Counted from the stretch's first letter, positions 25,144 through 37,910 are shown. The stretch is DNA of 64,000 bases from Raja brachyura (GCA_963514005.1 OY740811.1:5642001-5706000); one strand, 5' to 3'. A program made the numbers and translations. Notes: a model not told the origin generated them from the letters alone.

Positions 25144-25239
25144 ACTATCACCCCCCGCAGTGTGCTGCAGCACACTCCACCCTGAAGATCCAGCGGACAT
25201 AGTTTGCTGAAAAGAAAGCTTTTGGCTTGCTGCCGTTTA

Positions 25240-25765
25240 TCAGTTGGGATGTCATGTTACAGTTGTGCAAGACCTTGGTGAGGCCGCACTTGGGAGTATT
25301 GTGTTCAGTTTAGGTAACCCTGCTAGAGTGCAGAGATGATTTACAAGGACGTTATCAGGACTTAAGGGTCTGAGCTATTGTGAGAGGTTGGGCAGCCTAG
25401 GGTTTTATTTCTTGGATTGTAGGAGGCTGAGGGGTGATCTTATGGTGGTTCATGGGGGAATTTGATAGTGTGAATGCACACGGTATTAGACTAGAAGGCA
25501 CAGGTTTAAGGTGAGAGGGGAATCTGAGGGTCAACTTTTAATTGTCATAATATGCACCCGGTCCAGAAGAATGAAATTCTTACTTGCAGCAGCTTTGTCG
25601 GCACTATTCACACTGCTCTTTATCGTGTTGTAGATCTGGTACATAGATTGGAGAGAGGTTTTGTTGGCCAAGCGCGGGTAATTGGGACTAGCTTGGATGG
25701 AACATCTTGGTCGGCATGGACAAGTTGCACCAAATGACCTGTTTCCGTGCTGTATAACACTGAGT
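25240..25765 (+). mobile_element. CR1 3' fragment with a Rex1/L2-type tail inserted at ~25533-25610
   Basis: GTGAGGCCGCACTTGGGAGTATTGTGTTCAGTT...GAGGCTGAGGGGTGATCTTAT...CCTGTTTCCGTGCTGTA. Confidence 0.8.
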
Positions 25766-25930
25766 ATTGATTCTGTGAATCCACCTCTCAGATAAGGAAA
25801 CTTGATGCTTTGTGCAAATACCTCTGGTATATACAAAGCAAAGACTTAGACATGAAAAGTAATTTATTAATTTCTCAAATACCTATGATATTTGTACAAA
25901 TGGAGTTTGTGAGGGTATCTTGGTGTAAAT

Positions 25931-26199
25931 ATAGAAACATAGAAAATAGGTGCAGGAGTAGGCCATTCGGCCCTTCAATATGATCATGGCTGATCATCCA
26001 ATTCAGTATCCTGTACCTGCCTTCTCTCCATACCCCCTGATCCCTTTAGCCACAAGGACCACAAATATAGCCAATAAACTGGCCTCAACTACCTTCTATG
26101 GCAGAGAATTCCACAGATTCACCACCCTCTGTGTGAAAAATGTTTTTCTCATCTCAGTCCTAAAAGATTTCCCCCCTATCCTTAAACTGTGACTCCTTG
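25931..26199 (-). mobile_element. Young CR1/HER1 3' end
   Basis: (ATAGAAAC)n tail and near identity to 50186-50547. Confidence 0.9.
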
Positions 26200-27159
26200 A
26201 ACCTGTTCATTATTACAAGTAGATGTTGTCCTGGACGGGGTATGTCTCTGGGAAGAGCTGTCCAGAGTTGAATGGTTCCAGTTTGCCCTTGTGCTCGCGT
26301 CGCCATGGTGGATCTCCTGTCTATTTTGTTTGGTGCATGTGTGCGACGAGAAGCATGATCTTTATTACCTGTTATGCTCTCACAAAGACAGAGGAGTCAT
26401 TGTGTGCCGGACAGTGAGTGTGGCCTTGCCTGCAGCTAAGCACCCCCTTACTGAGACAAAACAGAATGCAGCGCTGTCAACCCTATCGCAATGTGTTGAA
26501 AGAAGCGGTACAGCTCCAGTAATACAAGTGTGGTGATTACTGTCAAACCGACTGACATCACTGACAGTCTTTTTACAGGAGGAATTCAAATGGTGTCAAA
26601 ATTACAACATTTAATGGAATGGATTTTGGCATGTTGCACTCCAAAAGTGCCTTGTAACATTCGGCCTCCCATGCCCACTGAAACTGACTAAAATAAGTTA
26701 AAACAAAAAGAGGGGTGAAAGAAAACTAAGAGGAACCACGAGTTTTCACAGACTTACCAGTACTGGAGTCGTGCATGATGACTGTATATTGATGGTTCTA
26801 TATCTTAAATCTGTGTTGAAATGCAAACTGTCACATTGTCATCAGCAACAATAGGCAACTGCACACAATGACCTTATGAACTTTAATTGAGCCTTTCTTC
26901 TTGAGACACTTTCCCTGTCACTAATCAACTCTTCGATGGCACGGACCAGCTGGGCGCTGATCAGTGAAGCATTGTCCTCGGACAGTATTGCATCAACAGG
27001 CACATAAGAAACAAGAGAAGGAACATGAGAAGAAGAGGACTTTCTGGTGTGGCTTCAGAGCTGGGAGGTTCAGACTTTAAACTCTCTGCCTCTGCCGTGC
27101 TGTTTGCAACTCAGATGCTCGGAAGACTGATGTACATCGATTGCAATGTGATTAGTCAT

Positions 27160-27474
27160 GTAGAAAGGAACTGCAGATGCTGGTTTATACCGAAGATAGA
27201 CACAAAGTGCTGGAGTAAAGGGCCTGTCCCACTTGGCGAGTATTTCGGTGACTGCCGGCGTCGTATCGGTGTCGCCAAAAGATTTTGAACATTTCGAAAT
27301 CCAGCAGCGACAAAAAAATGTTGCGACACTTGAAAAAACACCGTGCGTCATACGTCATCATGCCACGTCATCACGCCACGGCCGCATCACGCCGCTAATT
27401 TTTCAGTGATACATCAGTCAATGATGCCGGCAGTTGCCGAAAAAATAATCAGCAAGTGGGACAGGCCCTTAACT

Positions 27475-27478
<4 letters not shown>
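27160..27478 (-). mobile_element. PLE terminal fragment interrupted by a MITE
   Basis: GCTGGAGTAA|CTCAG is restored when 27219-27472 (MITE plus one TSD copy) is removed. Confidence 0.75.
27219..27469. mobile_element. Harbinger/PIF-type MITE
   Basis: TIR AGGGCCTGTCCCACTTG / CAAGTGGGACAGGCCCT; TAA TSD at 27216-27218 and 27470-27472. Confidence 0.9.

Positions 27479-27540
<62 letters not shown>
27479..27540. repeat. (GA)n microsatellite
   Basis: About 31 perfect GA units. Confidence 0.98.
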
Positions 27541-27543
<3 letters not shown>

Positions 27544-28378
27544 ATGGGTTCACTAATTTGATTCGTGATTGTTGAAACAATTGAAAAATTGGTTAAAATA
27601 ATGCAGAGTACACACATGGGAATTAAATGTCCTCAGGATATGTCCTGCTGTACTATTAAAAGCCAGACCCATCTCATTCAATTTCACAGTCATAATCCAC
27701 AGGTTCAACATTTGTATATCCATTGAACATGGACAGAGAATAAAACATGTTGAAAACTGTGAAAGATTACCTACAACTAACAACATTCCATTAAATTGTT
27801 TCCTTCATTGGTGCATCAGCTGGACTGATCACGTCAAAAAGCTAATAGCTTTCTTTAGTAATTGAGTTATTGCTGTTTTAAGGGCCATTAAATTGCTGAT
27901 CTCAAAGTTGCCCAGAGAACAGTAGTGTCACAATGGCACGACTGGAGTGCTTCATTTAGACGGATGCTTGAAACAGGAGGTTGTTTAGAGTTCTCTGCAC
28001 CAAGTTCATGCTACAGTGCCTCTGGCAGAGTGAGTAAACAAAGTAAACATTCCACCCTGCGATTCCAGGAGCTGAGAAGGGTCATCACAGAATATTCTCA
28101 TGTATGCGATCTATTCTGTGTGCATTGTATTGTTATCCACACCTCTCCTGTGGCCCATGACAAGCAGAGAGCAGCTGTAACCCCACAAGATAAGGAGCTG
28201 AATCAACAGATATTTATTTATTGTCAGATATGCAATTAGAAATTACATAGTGAAATTCACTCTGCATACAATGCAGATGTTGCCATGTTTGGTGTAATTT
28301 CATCGTTCAAAGTCTGGATTCCTGCATGCTCATTCTACTGCAGCGGTTCCCGAACCCCTCCATCGTCCATCACCAGCT

Positions 28379-28600
28379 CATAAGGTCATAAGTGATAGGG
28401 GCAGAATAAGGCCATTTGGCCCATCAAGTCTACTCCGTCATTCAATCATGGCTGATCTATATCTCCCTTCTAACCCCATTCTCCTGCCTTTCCCCCCATA
28501 ACTCTTGATGCCCGTACTAATCAAGAATCTATCTCTCTCTCTGCCTTAAAAATATCCATTGACTTGGCCTCCACTGCGCTCGGTGAATTCCACAGATTCA
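28379..28600 (-). mobile_element. CR1 3' end
   Basis: CATAAGGTCATAAG tail, GGCCATTTGGCCCATCAAGTCTACTCCG, GACTTGGCCTCCAC. Confidence 0.88.
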
Positions 28601-28759
28601 GGCTCGGACTGCGAACTGTGGTCTCTCTGTTATCATTGCCAGCCATCTTTGTGTCCCGGGACAACCTACCTTAAAGAAGCTGAGGCCATTACCCCGGTTC
28701 ACCCTCCCCTACCACATTAGACATTAGCATTAGTAAAAAATAGTATTGAAGAGATTAAT

Positions 28760-30820
28760 GGGTGAGCGAGCTGACAAAAACTTAGGACTGGCTGCCCAGG
28801 ATTTGAAAACGGTGGCTGTGGAAATAATGGATGAGAGAGTGAGAGTTGTCTTCCAAAATTCCACAGATTCTCCATGGATTGCAAGCTATTTAACATAACT
28901 CCACTGCTAATGAAAGGAAGGCGACTAATAACTCAAGCAACAAACCGATTAACCAGATACCAATAGAAGCAAAGAACTAAAAGTTATTTTGATGGAATTG
29001 GTAATTGGTAATAGAAAATAATAAAAGGATTGAGCAAAGTCAATGTAGATTTATGAAAGACAACTGTTGCACAAACATATTAGGAGCTTTTTGAAGTTGT
29101 AACTTGTGGTTGGAAAATGGAGCCACGATTGTCAAGTGGTTGAACTTTTAAAATGTAAGCACCACACAAGAGGTTAGTCGAGAAAATGTTTAACAGATGG
29201 GAATAGAGGTACAGCGCCAGGTGATAGTCTGGAAATCTGGAGGGAAGACAATGACAGCAAGTTTTGTAGACAGGATAGGCAGGAGCAGGAGCGAGGAAAG
29301 ATGCTTGGATTAAATTGTGTTTATCTCAATGCAAGGAGCCTGACAGATCAGCTGTTGAACTTAGGGCAAGGACTGGGATGTTATCGTCATTCCAGAAACA
29401 CGGTAAAGAGAGGTACGGGACTGGGGGCTTAATGTTCCAGGGCAGTAGTGCTGTAAGAGGTGGGGGTAAAAGAGGAGGGAGTGATACTGGAGTAACTCAG
29501 TGAACCAGGCAGCATTCCTGGAGAAAATGGATAGGTCGGGATTTTTCTTCAGACTGATTTGTGGATTTTGAGTCTTTCGCTGGTAAACCAACATCAGCAG
29601 TTCCTTGTTTCTACATAGAAGTTGGAATGTTATGTTACAGTTGGACCATATGCTGGTGAGGCCTCTCTTGAAGTGCATTGTTCAGTTTTGGTCACTGTGC
29701 TCAAAGAAAGATTCAATGAATAAAAGGAGAGAAAACGTGTGAGCATGAGCTAAAGGGAGAATGTCGGCCGGCTTCAACTTTGTTCTTAGAAGCGCAGGAG
29801 GCCAAGGGGTGATTCCATAAATGTTAATAAAATCATCAGGGGAATCGATAGGGCAAATGCATAGAGTCTTTTTCTCAGTGTGGGGAAATCAAGAGCTAAA
29901 AGGCATAGGTATAGGTGAGATGGGAAAAATGTATTAGGACCTTTTTCAGTCCGAGGGTGGTAGGTATATGGAATGAGCTGCCAGAGGAAGTAGTCGAGGC
30001 AGGAACAATAGCAACAGTTGAACAGGTACATGGATAAGAAAGGATTAGAGGGATATGGGCCAAATATGGAAAAATGAGACTAGCTGAGATGGAGCCACTT
30101 GGTCAACATGAATGAGAAGTGTTGAAGGGCCTGTTTCTGTGCTGTATGACACTATGACTCCAAATGTGAGGCTATCCACTTTGGTGGAAAAAACAGAAAT
30201 GCAATATTATTTTTTAAGCGGTGTAAGACTAAGATATCCTGCTGCATAAATTACTGAAAGTTAATATTCATGTACATCAAGCAGTTAAAAAGGCAAACCA
30301 CATGTGGCTTTCAAAACCAAGAAGTATCTGAGTACAAAACATTCTATTGCAATTATATAAGGCACTGGTAAACCACACTGGGAATATTCTCTATTTACGC
30401 AGGCAGGGTATACTTGCAATAAACAGAATGCACCGAATATTAACTGCACTGACATGGAATGGACTGTTGTCTCATGAAGAGATATGAAGTCGAGTGGACA
30501 ATGCCTCTTGACTTTGCCCGAATGAAGTGTGATCTTTCTGAACACAATTCTTACGGGGCTTGGCAAGGACGACACAGAGAATACATTTCTGCTGAGTAAG
30601 GGTTTTGTGGTTCAGAATAAGATAAGAATATTTTTGAATCCTCTACCCAAGGGGGTTGTGGAGATTCTTTGCCCGAATATTTTAATGAAAAAACCCCATC
30701 AGTGCTTGGATTTTCAGGGTGTAACAGAATAATAGAGTTAGTGCAGGGAAGCAACGCTGAAATAAAAGATCAAAAGGGTGACTTGAATGGGCCGAATGGC
30801 CTTCTCCGTTTAGTTTCTAT
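28760..30820 (+). mobile_element. Cluster of decayed CR1 fragments (with a PLE fold-back piece at ~29487-29615)
   Basis: Degenerate CR1 ORF2 similarity throughout; tails at ~30125-30160 and ~30785-30820. Confidence 0.7.
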
Positions 30821-31774
30821 GATTTTGTATCCGATTACAGAGGAACTGGAGATATCCCACAAGCTATGACTGGGTTCAGCAATTTTATTTATTTTATGCA
30901 TCTTTCAAATACTGCCTATTGGGGGAGAAAAAATTGCCCTCTGGGGAGAAAAAACTCTATGAAGTGGTCTTTGTTCGTCTTTTGAAAATGTGCTTCTAAC
31001 TTGCCTGTGGGCAGACACTGATTTAAACCTAAATGGCTCAATATATGTGCAGAGTGATATCTGAGGTTCTGGCAAATATAAAATGTGTTGTAGCAACTCT
31101 GGTGGCTTGGCTGTCTCTCTGGCTCCCCTAGTATCCAATCTAATAGGAAACAAGTGCTTGGGTGGAGGTGAATGGTTGCTTTATTTTCCCGGGGTGGAAG
31201 GATCCTGGAGCCTGCATAGAGCGGCTGATTGTTTTAAACTTCTGTTTTTACAAGGAGCTCTAGATTTATGGGCTCTTCAAGGAAAGGCAATGATGTAACA
31301 TGAGTAAATCAACAGACTCTTTCTTTCTTTGGCATCCTTCCCTCCGTCACTTGAGTTCTGCATGGCACGTGGATCGTAGCGCTTAATACAGACATCATAT
31401 AGCACGCAATAGTCTGGACAGCTCTTGCACATGTACTCACATGCAGCCCCCCACACACACACACACACAGCAATGCATACACCTTCCCAATACACACCGG
31501 CACACATGCATGCACACGGAAGCATACAGCATGTAGACCAAAGTTATGTTATATTAAATGGATAACAAATATGTTTTCACAGCAGTATATTTTAAACTAA
31601 GAATATTTAAATTGCCAAAAAATGTATAAAAGTATTTCTGCACTCCCTGGTAAGGCTTCACGCATTTATTTCAGCATAATTAACTATACAAGTCTGGCTT
31701 CTGTGAACATTAGTCACAGCAAAAACCACAAGCTGCAACTAGCAAGCATATTCCAATCTCCAAAGTCCTCTTAA

Positions 31775-31815
31775 GTCCTACAACTTTAGGCTGTGGATGC
31801 CGTACGCAAGAAGAA
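31775..31815 (+). mobile_element. 3' tail fragment of the 21684-21814 retroposon family
   Basis: GTCCTACAACTTTAGGCTGTGGATGCCGTACGCAAGAAGAA matches the reverse complement of ~21690-21731. Confidence 0.75.
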
Positions 31816-31823
31816 CACTAATT

Positions 31824-32136
31824 GCCCTGTCCCACTGTACGAGTTCATTCAAGAGCTCTCCCGAGTTTAAAAACAAATCAAACTCGTGGAAGCACGCAGA
31901 ACGTACGTAGCGGGTACGTCGGAGCTCAGGGACGTCTCTTAGCGGCTCTTGATGCTAACTGCAGGTACTGGGGAAACACGGTAAGCTCGGGAAGGTTCGT
32001 GAACATATTTCAACATGTTGAAAAATGTCCACGAGAGCCCAGAGTACCAACGAGCGGCCATTACCGTAAATCTCCAAGTTCGAATCGGGTCAAACTCAGG
32101 AGAACTCTTGAATGAACTCGTACAGTGGGACAGGGC
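31824..32136. mobile_element. Harbinger/PIF-type MITE
   Basis: Perfect 32-bp TIR GCCCTGTCCCACTGTACGAGTTCATTCAAGAG (31824-31855 / 32105-32136); TSD not clear. Confidence 0.88.
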
Positions 32137-32319
32137 TAGAAGCAGCAAATGAACTCTCACTAAGGGCTAAACTTAAATTTAACAATTGGATTCTGTTGCC
32201 TTAAAAAACACAGCGTCACCTCAGTGACATTACACACTTATAGACACTGCACTGTGTACTATGAGAAGTACTCCTTTTCAATGTTACTCTTATCCTTACT
32301 TTGCATGGAAACGTTGAGT

Positions 32320-32538
32320 GTGTAGGAAGGAACTGCAAATGATGGTTTAAACCGCGATAGACACAAAACGCTAGAGTAACTCAGCGGGACAGGCAGCATG
32401 TCTGGAGAGAAGGAATAGGTGACGTTTTGGGTCGAGACTTCTTCAGAAGAAAGGTCTCATCCCGAAACATCACCCATACCTTCTCTCCGGAGATGCTGCC
32501 TGTCCCGCTGAGCCACTCCAGCATTTTGTGTCTATCTT
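32320..32538. mobile_element. PLE terminal fragments as inverted pair
   Basis: Left arm ends ...GGGTCGAGACTTCTTCAG; right arm begins AAGAAAGGTCTCATCCCGAAAC and mirrors the left. Confidence 0.8.
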
Positions 32539-32809
32539 GCTGTGCTCTGCACTGACCACAAAAGTGTTTCCATTTGGTTGTGCAATTTCCCCATAAAAAC
32601 AAGAGATCTGGAGCCTCCCCCATTCATGTGCACGACCTTGTGCAGCAGCGTTACTGGGCTGTAAAACTTTCATAGGTGTACGGCTGTAACAAGCCATCGC
32701 CACAAAAATGTCAATGAAGCCAAGTTGTAATAGCGCCACTTGAAACCAAGAGAAACAAGCAGCAATTAGCAATCTAAACAACCCTTTCAAAAGGATGCTA
32801 ATTAAATAG

Positions 32810-32965
32810 TGTTCGGAGGAACTGCAGATGCCTGTTTAAATGGAAGACACACACAAAAGGCTGGAGTAACTCAGCGGGTCGGGTCTTGACCCGTAACGTC
32901 ACCTATCCCTTTTCTCCAGAGATGCTGCCTGACCTGCTGAGTGACTCCAGCTATTTATGTCTACC
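32810..32965. mobile_element. PLE terminal fragments as inverted pair
   Basis: GGAGTAACTCAGCGGGTC joined to GGGTCTTGACCCGTAACGTCACC...GCTGAGTGACTCCAGC. Confidence 0.75.
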
Positions 32966-34989
32966 TGTTAATTAAATAGCTTTGTTTCCCATTTCTAGTG
33001 TAGCAATCCTTGACTTCACAATTCTTTGAAACGAGTGCCGTAGAATAAAGCATTGCGGAGTTGAAATATTGTCTCCATGCTGCATTGGGGAATTCTGTGC
33101 ATGTTGTATGCTCGTTTTGTGCAAGATATTTTTGTTCCCCAACGCTCTGTCCCTGGCATTAGGTTCGGCCAAATTATATCAACACCTGTGCAATGTCATC
33201 AATGAGATTTTAAATACCATTGGTTTGAATGACTACGGACACACACTTATGCATAGAAGAACCAGCTGATTCTACTGCTGAAGGCTCACAGTCAATGTTA
33301 TAAAATGGGCCAAACACTCTAATCCTAAATTAGCATCAGTCTGCGGCAGACTGATTGAACCGGCTCGCAGCCTACTCTGCACGCTACTCACACTGCACTT
33401 TCTTACTTCAAGGAAGGGCCGGTCTGCAGTGTGAGCGGGTTCAATGAGGTGGTTCAAGGTGAGCAGGTTCAAGGTGACCTGGACGTGTGATGGCTTTCTC
33501 CCAGGTATCAGTGATTCCATCAGAATGAACTACCCTCACTCTCAACATATGAGCTGGGGATCATCCAGCCCACGGAGGCTGATCTCGGCCATATCTCACA
33601 GTTAGCTGCACTAACGAGGTTAAACTCCATGCTCAAAGGCAGGAAGGTTCACCTACTTTTCCTTCGCCCTCCTGAAGCAAGCAGTGTGGGCAGGAGCATG
33701 GTGTTGCCGTGGCATGCTACCCTGAAGTGCAGGCGCTCCGAGATGATTCACAGAGGGCAATCCATGAGGAATGTAGACATACACACAATTGGGCACTCAA
33801 TGCCTTTGGCTTGGATATGACTGTATTTTGGACACCGAAGCACTGGATCAATAGTCTAAACACTTCAGTCTTAGCTCCTACAGTCAACAGCTTCTAAAAA
33901 AAGTAGCAAATAAACACACATCAGTTAATACTGATTTCTTATATTAAAAAGAATGTGATGGCTCTACCCTAGACTGTGCTTAAACACACTTTGAAATATC
34001 ATTCCCCACAGTAGAATGCTTTAGTGGGGAGAAGCTTGTTAATTGACTAGGATTTAGTGTGCATGTCATTCACTACTTTATGACCCTTTTTATCTCTGTC
34101 TTTATATTTCCGCTCAGTTCCTTTAAGGTTTCAATGTCGTTGTTTTCACAGTCCAAGAGCTACCCGGGAACATAAATTTGGTGTGACCATAACTGCAACA
34201 ATTAAATTCCTGTTAATAAAACAGCTTGGTCAGTCCCTTCATCGTGTCACCGCCTTTCAGTTGAAGACTCCCCCACACTGATGAAATTGCCAATCAGTCT
34301 GTGGACAGACTCCATCCCGATGGCAACTTTCCTTTTCACCCAGAGATAACTAATTAAATCAGCTGCCACCGGGAGCTGGGGAGCTGATGGGTCAAAGGGC
34401 GAGTCTGGACAGCCGGCACAAGGAGACAACTCTCCAAAGTATGTGTCTGAAGAGGCCGGTGGGAGAGTAATAGGAAACAAGAGAGTCGATGACATTGTTA
34501 TATGGTACGGCAAGCCAACATGTCTTTATTAAGTTGGGAGCAGGGCAGCAGTGCGTTGACATTATAAATTACTGGGATTTACTCCAGAATGCCTCAGCAT
34601 AGGAACCACAACACTATGGTAGATTTTAACCCTCTGATCAGTTTAATTTGTTTTTAAATAATACTTGATCAGACTGTTGCCCCTGGGGTTCTGATTTGCT
34701 AGACAAAGAAAATGCACAAAGTGATCAAACATGCCTCACCAGTCAGGATCTAACATAGGGGAGCTCAGAGATTTTTTTATTCCTGGCCACAATGTTTCTC
34801 AAATTACACCCTTGCCTACAACACCGCCACCTCTTTCACTATCTCTCTGTGGTTTCATTGGGGCTATAATCCCGGCAGTGATTGCTGCAGGCTATACTAC
34901 TTTGAGGAGGGGATCACATCCAAACCCATTTGCAATGTTTTGTAACACCTAAGCATGCTTACCCTAATGGTAAGTTAACAACGAAGAGA

Positions 34990-35083
34990 GGCGCAAAGCG
35001 CTGGTGTAACTCAGCGGGACAGGCAGCATCTCTGGATAGAAGGACTGGGTGACGTTTCGGGTCGAGACCCTTCTTCAGACACT
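34990..35083 (-). mobile_element. PLE terminal fragment with intact hammerhead core (35051-35078)
   Basis: Minus strand GT-CTGAAGA-A-GGGTCTCGACCC-GAAAC-GTC-AC. Confidence 0.8.
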
Positions 35084-35525
35084 GAAGTTAACACCACTGG
35101 GAAGTGGGAATCCTGACCTGATTTATGTTTATTGCATTTAATTGGCTCAGGGACAATTAGACTAATTGCACTGCCATCCTGACTGACAGCAATTAACTCA
35201 GTATGAACCACACGTTCAACGTGACACCTCTCCAGCCTAACCGTATGATTTATAAGGATCCACAGTAATTAAACAATGACTCATAAACAATGAAGCAAAA
35301 AACCCAGACTGCCTTAAACTAGAGGGTGGTGGACTGGGGAATAAAAGACAGCAAAGAAAAAATGGTGAAATGATCAAATAAGTAACGATGACTCTTGAAG
35401 TAATCGGAATGGGGTAAACCTCAGAGAAATGCAAATGGCCACAGGGAAGTGAGACTTTCCCTCTTCATTGTCAACAGAGGGGATTAACTCCTCATCAGTG
35501 AGGGTCAATTTCACAATGAAACATA

Positions 35526-35552
35526 GGGGTCAGGGTCAGGGTCAGGGTCAGG
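35526..35552. repeat. (GGGTCA)4 telomere-variant-like repeat
   Basis: GGGGTCAGGGTCAGGGTCAGGGTCAGG. Confidence 0.9.
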
Positions 35553-36167
35553 TGGCCCCCTCGGCCTGAGAAAGCCATCCAGAGACAAGAGAGGTGGTTG
35601 ATTATTATTGTAAAGCAAGTGAAAGCAAACACAAAATGCAACATGACTTAACCACAAAGTGCTAGTGAGGAAATCAAGAAAAATAAATAATAAAGCCAAG
35701 AGCATAATTCGCTTCAATCAGTTTGAGAGCGCACTGCAATTACGGAAGTCCACACAGAATTGGTCCCATTCAGTGACAGGGGAGAGGTTCCTGTGGTCAG
35801 ACTGGGTTGGGCAGATAGTTGAAGCCTTCTGCTGCTGAGTGTGCCCAGCTAATTCAGTACAAATTAGTAAAGCTGATGACTTATGCCTCCCTATCAGAAA
35901 AAAAACATCAAGACAAATTTAAGCTAGGTTCATTACAAGTTGCACACCAAATCCATTTCTGTTTAATTGAAACTTGAAACAACATGAAATATTCCCCCCC
36001 AGCTTCATGTGAGCTGAGTTGGTCTGCTCAAAGAAATATATTTGTTTTTCATGCTCTGTCCTCTCTCCTAATCAGTGGCCTCACTGACGATGTGACATGG
36101 TGAGATTTGATGTTCTGGGACCTCATTCAGGTGTGAATACTTCACATATGTAACAAGTGTTGTAATC

Positions 36168-36660
36168 AGAGACACAAGAGACTGCAGATGCTGGAATTTA
36201 GAGCACAAAACAATCTCTTGTAGGAATTCAGAGAGTTGAGCAGCATCTTTGGGTGGAAAGGAATGGTCCTGAGTTCTCAGTTCTGATCAAAGGTAAGGTC
36301 TGAAACGTTGACGTGCCTTTCCCCTGTAGATGCTGTTCAACCCACTGAATTTCTCCAGCAGATGGAATATTAATCAACTCCTCAACTGTGAAGGGAATCA
36401 GGGCCAATGTCATTGTTCACCTATCACACTTTATTAGGAACCAATGTTTCCCATTCAGAAACGGAAAGCCATAACAGGTTGCTTCAGCCTTATACCTACT
36501 GGGCTGGTGGTTGTTGTAAAGTTAGGTCAATTATCTTTGTTTAAGAAGGAACTGCAGATGCTGGAAAATCGAAAGAGACCCAAAACGTCGCCCGTTTCCT
36601 TCACTCCATCGATCCTGCCTCACCCGCTGAGTTTCTCCAGCAAGTTTTGTCTACCTTCGA
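36168..36660. mobile_element. Two PLE fold-back fragments (36168-36360, 36540-36660)
   Basis: ACTGCAGATGCTGGAA...GAAACGTTGAC and GGAACTGCAGATGCTGG...CCCAAAACGTCGCC signatures. Confidence 0.65.
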
Positions 36661-36854
36661 GGTCAAGTATCTCTCCTGGCTGAGATCAATTTACTTCAGA
36701 AAACACTGCTTTTCACGTGGGTGATGGCTGGTGAAAAAAACGTGGTTTTGAGTCTATGATGGTGTTAATGGTGAACTTTGCAATGCTAAAAACTAATTCT
36801 ACTTGAGAAGTTGATAATTTGATATACAGAAAGTAACCATTCAGGATAATGCAC

Positions 36855-37060
36855 GGGATGTGTGGAATGATCTTCCTGCAGGTGGAGGCAGGGTCGATTT
36901 TAACATTTAAAAGTAAAGTGGATAGGTATATGGACAGGAAGGGAATGGAGGGGTATGGTCTGAGTGCAGGTAGATGGGACTAGGGGAAAATGAATGGTTG
37001 GCACGGGCTGGAAGGGCCGAGAAGGCCTGTTTCCGTGCTGTAATTGTTATATGGTTATAT
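36855..37060 (+). mobile_element. CR1 3' end
   Basis: TGGAATGATCTTCC...GGGCCGAGAAGGCCTGTTTCCGTGCTGTAATTGTTATATGG. Confidence 0.8.
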
Positions 37061-37098
37061 GAGTCTTCAATAGAGCTTGGTCTCATTCATCTATTACC

Positions 37099-37386
37099 TT
37101 TATTTTTGAGATACTGTATGAAAACAGACCCTTCTGCCCACCAATCATCGATGACCTGTTATCCCATGTTATCCCACTTTTTCATCCACTCACTACACAC
37201 AAGGGGCAATTTTACAGAGGCCAATGAACCTACAAACCGGAACGTCTCCGGGATGTGGAAGGAAACCGGAGCGCCCGGGGAAACCCACATGGTCACGGGG
37301 AGAACATGAAAACTCCACACAGGCAGCACCCGAGGTCAGGATCAACCCCGGGTCTCATGTGCTGTGAGGCAGCTCCACCACTGTGT
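37099..37386 (-). mobile_element. HE1/V-SINE
   Basis: GGAAACCGGAGCGCCCGGGGAAACCCAC...CAGGATCAACCCCGGGTCTC (B-box-like on minus strand). Confidence 0.82.
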
Positions 37387-37707
37387 TGTCAAATTGCTGC
37401 ACACTTTACATTTTTATCTTTAATAACCAATAATCTGATTTAGTTCAATAAGTAATCGGAATTCTGCTTTGTTACATTTTTTTGAGAACTGTCCCTGCCC
37501 CAATATTTGAAAAGTAAAAGATATCTTTTCATTCTTCTTTCCTGATTCTTTTGATCAAGATTATTGTCCCAGAGGGAATGCAGTCAATTCTCCCAATATA
37601 TTTTATTGACACTTTGTGCATCTCTACCCAATTCCTTCTAAAACTTAATATCACAACTTATTACAACTGGTCTCATCTGCCACAACCTAACCTACATATC
37701 TTTAGTA

Positions 37708-37910
37708 AGTGTTGGAAGGAACCGCAGATGCTGGTTTAAACTGAAGGGAGACACAAAATGCCGGAGTTACTCAGCGGGTCAGACAGCATCTCTGGAGAGA
37801 AGGAATTTGTGACGTTTCGGGTCGGGCCCCTTCCAGAAACGTCACCATTCCTTCACTCCAGAAATGCGCCTGTCCCGCTGAGTTGCTACAGCATTTTGTG
37901 TCTATCTTTA
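37708..37910. mobile_element. PLE inverted pair
   Basis: ...GACGTTTCGGGTCGGGCCCCTTCCA|GAAACGTCACC... mirrored arms. Confidence 0.8.

Noticed and set aside
26300-26358. Strong Kozak context GTCGCCATGG
   Set aside because: The ORF is only 17 codons (MVDLLSILFGACVRREA*), with no supporting promoter or splice signal.
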